Origin: an uncultured Chloroflexia bacterium
Lineage (GTDB): Bacteria > Chloroflexota > Limnocylindria > Limnocylindrales > CSP1-4
Direction of reading: 5' to 3'
Length of the DNA stretch: 64,000 bases
Assembly (NCBI GenBank): GCA_963764515.1
Contig: CAVXSS010000001.1
Coordinates: forward strand, 911,373 to 975,372
Notes under the pieces: generated by a model
What the model was told of the DNA's origin: nothing
The model's input: only the letters and a program-made list of their open reading frames with translations
The model's database searches: none
In this document: positions 56,922-64,000 of the stretch, piece after piece
Layout of the letters: the number at the start of each line of letters is the position of its first letter
Numbering within the stretch: position 1 is the stretch's first letter
Made by a program: the position numbers and the translations under genes

Positions 56922-57629
56922 ATGGGTCCGCTCAAGCGACTGACCCGGCGGCCTGGGCCGGCGTCCACGGTGAACCCGCGCTCGCAGGCCCATCCGGCGC
57001 CGACGAGCCCGACCACAGCGCCGCCGTCGCCTCCCGGGGGCACCGCGGGCCCCGCCAACGCGGACGCGGCGCCCGGGGCGACGCCCGAGCTTCCAGAGAC
57101 ACCGGCCTCCGCGTCGACCGCCGGCGGCGCTGGCAGCATGGGCATCGCGCCGGCGGGCCGCACCCACGCATGGACGGCCGAGGACCAGCCCTACGATCGA
57201 CTCGACTGCCCGAGCTGCGGGACGGTGTTCCGCGACCTCCCCGATGCCGAGGCCCCTTGCCCGGCCTGCAACGCGATGATCCACGTCCTGATCTGTCCGG
57301 AAGGTGTCCGGCACCTGCTGACGGCCACGGACCGCGCCACGTTCGACGACGACTGGGATGCCCTTCACGCGCGACGAAGACGAGAGGAGGCGCGGCGGCG
57401 GAACCTGGAGGCGTTGCGCGCTCGGCGCGCCATGCTGGACTCGTACATCGAGCTCGGGGTCCGCCTCGTCGAGCTGCACAACGCACCAGACGCGTGTCCC
57501 GCCTGCGTGGCCGCGGCCGCCCATCCCTACCGGCCACGAGCCGCTCCGACATTGCCGATCGCCGGATGCGCGCACGACATCTGTCGGTGCCTGTACGCGC
57601 CGGCGAGACCGTCCGCGGCGCACCGCTGA
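56922..57629 (+). CDS. Hypothetical Cys-rich metal-binding protein
   Basis: Disordered Pro/Ala N-terminus, zinc-ribbon CPSC..CPAC, helical region, C-terminal CPAC...LPIAGCAHDICRC. Confidence 0.65.
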   Translation: MGPLKRLTRRPGPASTVNPRSQAHPAPTSPTTAPPSPPGGTAGPANADAAPGATPELPETPASASTAGGAGSMGIAPAGRTHAWTAEDQPYDRLDCPSCGTVFRDLPDAEAPCPACNAMIHVLICPEGVRHLLTATDRATFDDDWDALHARRRREEARRRNLEALRARRAMLDSYIELGVRLVELHNAPDACPACVAAAAHPYRPRAAPTLPIAGCAHDICRCLYAPARPSAAHR

Positions 57630-57801
57630 CACCCCCGCGTCACGGTCCCGGGGCACGACCCGTCACAGACCAAGACGCCGGGCGATCACTGGCAGGCTGA
57701 TCGATCGTCCGGCGTCTCCACGTCACCAAGGCCGCACGGGCGCTAGACTCCGGGGCGGCTGCTGGGCGACGGACGCCCCCCCAACGAGGATCTCAGCCCG
57801 A

Positions 57802-59169
57802 GTGCATGCCCGCAGGATCCGGCCTGACACCGGACCCACCGACCGTCGCCGCCTCCTGGCGGCCGGCCTGTCGGCTGTCCTCCCGGGGCTCGGCCAGGCG
57901 TTCAACCGCCGCCGCCGGCTCGCCCTCTGGTTCGTCATCCCCTCCCTGCTCCTGCTGGCCATCGGCCTGGTCGTGCTCCGCCTCCAATCGCCCGCGAGAC
58001 TCGCCGCCTGGGCCATCGCGCCGTCAGTGTTGAGCGCGCTCCTCCTCCTCAACCTCGTGGTGCTGGCCTGGCGCCTGGTGGCCACGGGCCAGGCGTTCCT
58101 CGACACGGGGCGACCCGGGCCGACGGGCCGCCTGGGGTTCGTGGGCATCGCGCTCATCGCCCTCGTGGTGACCGTCCCGCATCTCCTCGTGTGGCAATAC
58201 GGAACGCTCGCGGGCGACATGTTCAAGAGCATCTTCGGCGGCCAGGTCCTGAGCGCGACCGGCCCGGACGCGACCCCGCTCCCCGCCCTGACCGAGCGAG
58301 TCAATGTCCTCCTGCTCGGGGTCGATGCCACCGACACGCGTACCGAGACCCTGACCGACACGATGATCGTCGCCTCCCTCGACCCGGTCGGACACACCGT
58401 CTCCATGGCCTCGGTGCCGCGCGATCTCGTCAACGTCCCTCTCGGCACCGGCGACGTCTTCGGGCCGAAGCTCAACTCGCTGATGTCGTACGCGGACCGC
58501 CACCCCGACGAGTTCCCCAAGGGCGGGGTCCGGACACTCGAGGACGCGGTCGGGGCCTTGCTCGGCATCGACATCCAGTACTACGCGCGTGTCGACTTCG
58601 ACGGATTCGTCGCGATGGTCGACGCGGTCGGGGGCGTGGACGTCGACGTCAAGAAGAAGGTCCGTGCCCCCCGCTACGACGGTTTCGCCCTCGGATCCAC
58701 GGGATTCATCGTCAAGAAGGGCCGACACCATTTCTCAGGCGCCGAGGCCCTCGCCTACGCGCGGATCCGCAAAGGCCCCGGCGAGAGCGACTTCACGCGG
58801 GCCGATCGCCAGCAGCAGATCCTCGTCGCGCTGCGCGACAAGGTGACGAGCGGCGGCAGCATCCTGTTCGCGCTGCCGGCGCTGCTCAAGGCGGTCGGCG
58901 ACACCGTCAAGACGGACATCCCGGTCGATCGGCTCCCCGAATTCGCCGCGATCATGGATGAGATGGGTGGCCATGACTCGGTGGTGCGGGCGGTCCTCGG
59001 TCATCCGCTCGTGGACGCCAAGCAGACCCGCTATGGGGCCTCGCAGGTGCCGAACCTCAAGAAGATCCGGGCGGTAGCGGCCATGCTCTTCCCGGCGCCC
59101 GGGACGCCGCCGACCCCCTGGCCGACGCCAACCCCGACGAAGACCCCCAAACCGACCCCGACTTCCTGA
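57802..59169 (+). CDS. LCP (LytR-CpsA-Psr) family protein
   Basis: TM N-terminus, VNVLLLGVD, TDTMIVASL, SVPRD, EALAYARIRK, SDFTRADRQQ. Confidence 0.92.
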   Translation: MHARRIRPDTGPTDRRRLLAAGLSAVLPGLGQAFNRRRRLALWFVIPSLLLLAIGLVVLRLQSPARLAAWAIAPSVLSALLLLNLVVLAWRLVATGQAFLDTGRPGPTGRLGFVGIALIALVVTVPHLLVWQYGTLAGDMFKSIFGGQVLSATGPDATPLPALTERVNVLLLGVDATDTRTETLTDTMIVASLDPVGHTVSMASVPRDLVNVPLGTGDVFGPKLNSLMSYADRHPDEFPKGGVRTLEDAVGALLGIDIQYYARVDFDGFVAMVDAVGGVDVDVKKKVRAPRYDGFALGSTGFIVKKGRHHFSGAEALAYARIRKGPGESDFTRADRQQQILVALRDKVTSGGSILFALPALLKAVGDTVKTDIPVDRLPEFAAIMDEMGGHDSVVRAVLGHPLVDAKQTRYGASQVPNLKKIRAVAAMLFPAPGTPPTPWPTPTPTKTPKPTPTS

Positions 59170-59170
59170 G

Positions 59171-59746
59171 TCAGCGGTCGGGCGCGTCCGACCAGCGCGA
59201 GACCGGCGGGGTCCACGCCGCGAACCGTGCCAGGAGTGCGTCCAGGTCTCGATCGACCGCGACGAGCGTCCGGTGGTGTGGCGCGATGAAGCCCTCCGCG
59301 ACGGCGCGGTCGAGCCACGAGAGGAGCCCGTCCCAGTAGCCGTCCGGGCCGAGGAGCCCGATCGGCTTGGCGTGGAGGTCGAGTTGAGCCCACGAGGCCA
59401 CCTCGGTGAGCTCCTCGAGCGTCCCGAACCCACCGGGCAAGGCGATGAAGCCGCCAGCCAGCCGGGCCATCATGGCCTTGCGTTGGTGGAGGGTGTGCAC
59501 GACCCGCAGGTTCGTGACACCCGGATGCGCCAGCTCGCGATCGACGAGGCGGCGGGGGATGACGCCGATGACCTCACCGCCCGCATCGAGCGCGGCGTCC
59601 GCCACGGCGCCCATCAATCCGACCCGCCCGCCGCCATAGACCACGCCGATCCCGCGTCGGGCCAGGCCGGTGCCGACCTGACGGGCGAGCGCCGCGAACG
59701 CGGGGTCGCGTCCCGCGCTCGCGCCGCAGAAGACACACAGGCGCAT
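59171..59746 (-). CDS. LOG-family nucleotide 5'-monophosphate nucleosidase (TIGR00730-like)
   Basis: CVFCGAS, VYGGGRVGLMG, PGGFGTLEE. Confidence 0.92.
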   Translation of the reverse strand: MRLCVFCGASAGRDPAFAALARQVGTGLARRGIGVVYGGGRVGLMGAVADAALDAGGEVIGVIPRRLVDRELAHPGVTNLRVVHTLHQRKAMMARLAGGFIALPGGFGTLEELTEVASWAQLDLHAKPIGLLGPDGYWDGLLSWLDRAVAEGFIAPHHRTLVAVDRDLDALLARFAAWTPPVSRWSDAPDR

Positions 59747-59754
59747 CGGTGGCC

Positions 59755-60402
59755 CTAGAACCCGAGCGCTCGCAGGCGGGGGGCCATCCGCCCCGCCGCG
59801 CGCGCCCGATGCGAGATGGCGTGCTTCTCCGCCGGCGTCCAGAGACCGAGCGTCCGCCCCCCCGGCGGCTCCGTCGCCGGTTCGAAGATGGGGTCGTAGC
59901 CGAATCCGCCGGTCCCGCGTGGCGCGGTGGCGATCCGGCCGCGACACGTGCCACGCGCCAGGATCACCTCCAGGCCGCCGCGGGGACCCGCCCGGTCCGG
60001 GAGCGCGAGGGCGAGGACGCACACGTACCGTGCCCCACGCCTCTCGGGCGGGAGTCCGTCGAGAGCGGACAGGAGCTTGCGGTTGTTGTCCTCGTCGGTC
60101 GCGTCTTCGCCCGCATAGCGCCGGGTCCGGACACCCGGCCTCCCGTCGAGCGCATCGACCTCGATGCCCGAATCGTCGGCGAGGGTTGGCAGGCCGCTGG
60201 CGCGCGTGCCAAAGCGGGCTTTCAGCGCGGCGTTGGACTCGAAGGTCGTCCCGTCCTCTTCCGGGTCGCCCTGGACCCCCACCTCGTCGAGCGAGACGAG
60301 CTTGGTCCCTTCGAGGTCGAGCAGTTCGCGCAGTTCGCGCAGCTTGTGGATCGAGCGGGTCGCGACGAGCAGACGCCTCTGCTGGGCCGCCCGACGGGTC
60401 AC
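59755..60402 (-). CDS. rdgB: Non-canonical purine NTP pyrophosphatase (HAM1)
   Basis: [38 protein letters not shown]. Confidence 0.93.
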   Translation of the reverse strand: MTRRAAQQRRLLVATRSIHKLRELRELLDLEGTKLVSLDEVGVQGDPEEDGTTFESNAALKARFGTRASGLPTLADDSGIEVDALDGRPGVRTRRYAGEDATDEDNNRKLLSALDGLPPERRGARYVCVLALALPDRAGPRGGLEVILARGTCRGRIATAPRGTGGFGYDPIFEPATEPPGGRTLGLWTPAEKHAISHRARAAGRMAPRLRALGF

Positions 60403-61133
60403 CGCTTGACGGTGGCGAGGGTCGCGGCCTGGGCCTCGAACAGGCGGGCGAGGCCGTCGTCGGCGAGGTCGATCAGGTCGTTCGCGGCGGCACGGTCGAA
60501 CGGCTTGCCTTCGGCCGTTCCCTGGAGCTCGACGTACGCCCGGGCATCGGTCCCGACCACGTTGAAGTCCACGTCGGCACGCGAATCCTCCGAGTAGTCG
60601 AGGTCGAGCAGCGACGCGCCATCGACGATGCCGACGGACACGGCGGCGACCTTCGCGACCAGGTACCGATCCATGCCGTACGTGATCAGCGCCGCCGCCA
60701 GGGCGACATAGCCGCCGGTGATCGACGCGCAGCGCGTCCCGCCGTCGGCCTGGAGGACGTCGCAGTCCACGGTGATCGTGCGCTCACCCAGCTTCGCGAG
60801 GTCGACGACACCGCGCAGCGACCGGCCGATGAGCCGCTGGATCTCGTGGGTCCGCCCGCCGATCCGGCCCTTCGCGGATTCACGGTCCGTGCGCTCGGCG
60901 GTGGCTCGCGGGAGCATGGAGTACTCGGCCGTCACCCAACCCGTTCCCTTGCCGCGCAGATGCGGCGGAACGCGGTCGGCGATGGTCGCCGCGCACAGCA
61001 CCTGGGTGTCGCCCATCTTCACCAGGCAGGAGCCCTCCGCCCACTTCTGGACCCCGAGCGTGAAACTGATCGGACGAAGGTCGCGCGGTCCGCGGCCGTC
61101 CGCGCGGACCGCCAGCCGGTTCCCGATGGTCAT
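60399..61133 (-). CDS. rph: Ribonuclease PH
   Basis: [50 protein letters not shown]. Confidence 0.96.
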   Translation of the reverse strand: MTIGNRLAVRADGRGPRDLRPISFTLGVQKWAEGSCLVKMGDTQVLCAATIADRVPPHLRGKGTGWVTAEYSMLPRATAERTDRESAKGRIGGRTHEIQRLIGRSLRGVVDLAKLGERTITVDCDVLQADGGTRCASITGGYVALAAALITYGMDRYLVAKVAAVSVGIVDGASLLDLDYSEDSRADVDFNVVGTDARAYVELQGTAEGKPFDRAAANDLIDLADDGLARLFEAQAATLATVKR

Positions 61134-62302
61134 CGTGTCGCCTCCTCGGCCTTGGCCGCATCCCATAGTGCATCGAGCGCCGGGAAGTCGAGGTCCCGCA
61201 GGGCGACGCCCCTGGCGGCAGCCTGCCGTTCCACGCTGCCGAATCGCCGGCGGAACTTCGCGTTCGCCGCGCGCATGGCCGCCTCGGCGTCCACGCCCCG
61301 CTTTCGGGCCACGTTCACGAGCACGAAGAGCAGGTCGCCGAATTCCTCGGCCCAGCCAGCCTCGTCGCCGGCATCCTGCGCGCCCCGCAGCTCGTTCGTC
61401 TCCTCGACCACCTTGTCCAGGACGCCCTCGAGCGACGGCCAGTCGTAGCCGAGGTGTGCGGCACGCTCCTGCATCTCCCGACTCGTCGCGAGGCCGGGCA
61501 GCGAGGGACTGATCCCGTCGAGTGCGCTCCTCGTGTCGGGCGTCTCGCCCGCATCGGCTCGCTCGGCGGCCTTGATCCGTTCCCACTGGCGGTTGACGTC
61601 GGACGCCGTCCTGGCCTCCGCCTCACCGAAGACGTGCGGGTGGCGGCGGATGATCTTCGTCGCGAGCGCCGCCTGGACGTCGGTCAGGTCGAAGACGCCC
61701 GCCTCGGCCGCCAGCTGCGCGTGGAGCACGATCTGGAGGAGCAGGTCGCCCAGCTCGTCGGCCAGATCGGGCGTCGCGCCGCCCTCGAGGGCGTCGTACA
61801 CCTCGTACGCCTCCTCGAGCAGGTGATTCCTGAGCGAGGCATGCGTTTGCTCGCGGTCCCACGGGCAGCCGTCGGGCTGGCGCAGTCGATCGCTGATCCA
61901 GGGCATCGCCCAGGGCCCCGCGATGGCGGCCTCGGGCGCGACGGGCGCCAGGTACAGCGGCGCCGCGAGATCCTCGGTGGTGAGCGCCCCGACCGTGGTG
62001 CCCGCCTCGGCCCCGAACCGGCCGACGGCGTGGTCCGCCGGGTAGAGGCGAGCGAGCAACGTCAGGGGCTGGCGACCGAGCGGCGCGTGCCGTCCCGGCA
62101 GGGCCGGGATCGGATCGGGCGGGCCGTCCATGACGGGACCCGCTGCGCCGGCCGCGCGCAGGGCCGCCAGCGGGACGAGCAGGAGCGGCCGCGATGCCTC
62201 CACGGGCGTCGCGACCAGCCGCTCCGAGGCGACGATCTGGATGCCGGCAGCCGCGTCCAGCCGCCAGCGCAGTCGCGCCTCGGCCAGGAGCGCGTCGAGC
62301 AC
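61130..62302 (-). CDS. mazG: Nucleoside triphosphate pyrophosphohydrolase MazG with N-terminal extension
   Basis: [48 protein letters not shown]. Confidence 0.92.
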   Translation of the reverse strand: MLDALLAEARLRWRLDAAAGIQIVASERLVATPVEASRPLLLVPLAALRAAGAAGPVMDGPPDPIPALPGRHAPLGRQPLTLLARLYPADHAVGRFGAEAGTTVGALTTEDLAAPLYLAPVAPEAAIAGPWAMPWISDRLRQPDGCPWDREQTHASLRNHLLEEAYEVYDALEGGATPDLADELGDLLLQIVLHAQLAAEAGVFDLTDVQAALATKIIRRHPHVFGEAEARTASDVNRQWERIKAAERADAGETPDTRSALDGISPSLPGLATSREMQERAAHLGYDWPSLEGVLDKVVEETNELRGAQDAGDEAGWAEEFGDLLFVLVNVARKRGVDAEAAMRAANAKFRRRFGSVERQAAARGVALRDLDFPALDALWDAAKAEEATR

Positions 62303-62315
62303 GCGGTCGCTCCGC

Positions 62316-64000
62316 TTATCCGCCGGCGGCGCCGGTCAGGGTTGGATCCCGTTCGATGATGACGGCACTCTTCTTGGCGGTGTACCAGTTCGTGAAGGCC
62401 GAGGACTTGATCTCCTCCAGCTGCCGGCCCTCGGGTGTCCGGACCTCCTCCTTGAAGACCTTGAACAGGTATTCGCCGTCGCCTGCGATGGCCACGACGT
62501 CACTGGTCTTGCCGACCGGCGTCGCGAAGATCGCCGTCGACAGCTGCTCCTGGAGCTGGTCCTTCGCCACCCAGCCGAGGTCGCCGCCACGGCCGGCCGT
62601 ATCCGCCTCCGAGTTGTCTCGCGCCAGGATCGCGAAGTCGGAGCCGGCGTCCACCTTGGTCTTGAGACCCTTGAGCCACGCGTCGTCGGTCGGGCGGTAC
62701 ATGATCTGGATGACGTGCCAGCCGAAGGCCGACTTGACCGGCTCGAGGATGTCACCGGGCTGGAGCCCCGGTTTGACGATCGCCGCAAGGAAGTCGCTGT
62801 CGACCGTGGTCATGCTCGCGTCGAAGTACGGGAGTTTGCCGCCGGTCCCCGTGACGCCGCGCGCCGTCTCCTCGTCGCTCTCGGCCCGGGCGATGGAATC
62901 GAACAGGGTCGGATCGGCCTTCACCTTCTCGTACGTCGCGCGGGCCTCGGCCTCGGCGGCGGCCCACGCCGGGTCGTCGGCCGGGAGCGCGGCCGCACCC
63001 TGCGGGTCGTCCTTCGGCGAGTAGAGGATGTGGCGGCTCTTGACCGAATCGGCGGGGGGCTCGGTCTGCGGCTCCTGGATGTAGATCTCGCTGACCTGGC
63101 GCTGCGGACCGGGCTTGATGGCGTCGGCGACGATCTTGTCGTCGAGCTTCTGGTGGATGACGTCGCCGGTGACGACCTCCCGGTACTTGGCCAGGTCGAT
63201 CTTGTTGTCCTGGAGCTTCGAGGTGTACGCGGCGTCGACGGTCTCCGGGGCGATCTCCGTCACGCGACCGATCCGGAACGTGCCGTCGGAACCCTCGATC
63301 ACCGCCGTGGGCGTGTCGCTGGGCGCCGCGAAGAGCGCATCGAGGAAGGCCTGGTCGAGCTGGCCATCGTCCTTCTGGAGCCAGCCGAGGTCGCCGGCCT
63401 GCGGTGCCGTCGACGTGTCAGTCGATGCCGTCTTGGCGATCTCGTCCCACGCCTTGCCGGCTTGCAGATCCTGCAATGCGCTGTCGGCCTTCGCCTTCGC
63501 GGCCGCCTTCTCGGCCGCCGTCGGTTCGACGGCACCCGGATCGGTCACGGGCGCGACTTCGATGACCCACGCGTGACGGGACTCCGGGGTCGTGGCCTCG
63601 GTGGTCAGGCGGGCATCGATGTCCGCGTCGTTGACCGTGATCCCCTCCTCCGTCGCGAGCTTCGCCTGGAGCTTCGTATCGATGAGCCGCTCGAGGGCGA
63701 TCGCGGCAAGCTGTTGCTGCTGCTGGGCGACGATCTGCAGCTGCGTCTGCGACTGCGTGTCCGAGAGGTGACCCGCGGCGGTCTGCGTCCGGATGCGGCT
63801 CTCAGCCTCGCGGAGTCGCCAAGCCTCGATCGTGTAGCGATCGAGGAACTCGTCCTTGGTGATGGACTGCCCATCGACACTGCCGACCGACGCGAGGTGG
63901 TCGTTGTACCAGGTCAGCCCGGCGGCGATGATGAGGATGAGGACGGCGACGGCGACGACCAGGCTGAAGCCGAGGTTCGTGTAGAAGTTGCGTCGGTCCT
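62316..64000 (-). CDS. PrsA/SurA-like peptidyl-prolyl isomerase with two PpiC domains (5'-partial)
   Basis: The frame is open to the window edge. N-terminal TM, SurA-like helices, AGDLGW, SRHIL, FGWHVI, GGDLGW. Confidence 0.88.
   Translation of the reverse strand, partial: DRRNFYTNLGFSLVVAVAVLILIIAAGLTWYNDHLASVGSVDGQSITKDEFLDRYTIEAWRLREAESRIRTQTAAGHLSDTQSQTQLQIVAQQQQQLAAIALERLIDTKLQAKLATEEGITVNDADIDARLTTEATTPESRHAWVIEVAPVTDPGAVEPTAAEKAAAKAKADSALQDLQAGKAWDEIAKTASTDTSTAPQAGDLGWLQKDDGQLDQAFLDALFAAPSDTPTAVIEGSDGTFRIGRVTEIAPETVDAAYTSKLQDNKIDLAKYREVVTGDVIHQKLDDKIVADAIKPGPQRQVSEIYIQEPQTEPPADSVKSRHILYSPKDDPQGAAALPADDPAWAAAEAEARATYEKVKADPTLFDSIARAESDEETARGVTGTGGKLPYFDASMTTVDSDFLAAIVKPGLQPGDILEPVKSAFGWHVIQIMYRPTDDAWLKGLKTKVDAGSDFAILARDNSEADTAGRGGDLGWVAKDQLQEQLSTAIFATPVGKTSDVVAIAGDGEYLFKVFKEEVRTPEGRQLEEIKSSAFTNWYTAKKSAVIIERDPTLTGAAGG

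Noticed and set aside
59171-64000. LOG-rdgB-rph-mazG-PPIase cluster as a novel system
   Set aside because: These are housekeeping genes, and rph-rdgB linkage is widespread.

Overview
High-GC (roughly 70%) bacterial window. Protein styles (ECF sigma/propeller cassette, Pro/Ser/Thr-linker lipoproteins) tentatively suggest Chloroflexota, Limnocylindria-like; this is inference only. The left 35 kb is accessory DNA downstream of the 3' end of tRNA-Pro(CGG) (34987-35063, minus strand). It holds a membrane-tethered LuxR and an MDR dehydrogenase, an orphan HsdR fragment, and an 8-gene copper-associated envelope operon (CopC/CopD-type core, CPBP protease, two paralogous membrane-anchored proteins). 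It also holds a decayed phage-type HNH gene, a hydroxycinnamate-to-beta-ketoadipate catabolic island (cou-like genes, pobA, pcaH separated from pcaGBDC, ABC importer, aldehyde dehydrogenase), and a 4.3 kb element flanked by a 15 bp duplication of the tRNA 3' end. The right 29 kb is mostly core: GSI and GSIII glutamine synthetases, ResB, a Cys/Met PLP enzyme, c-di-GMP enzymes, LysE, redoxin/CcdA, tRNA-Pro(TGG), LCP, LOG-rdgB-rph-mazG and a partial PPIase. The best candidate for an undescribed system is the first gene of the copper operon (4011-4649). It is a His-rich membrane protein ending in an RGPP arrest-type motif, and the codons right after that motif are complementary to the Shine-Dalgarno of the next gene, suggesting a copper/membrane-insertion-sensing ribosome-stalling switch. 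Other notable items are a Gln-codon leader-peptide attenuator upstream of lysE and a shared 15 bp operator in front of the separated pcaH and pcaG. No CRISPR array, rRNA or integrase was seen. Family assignments come from motif recognition by eye, not database searches.
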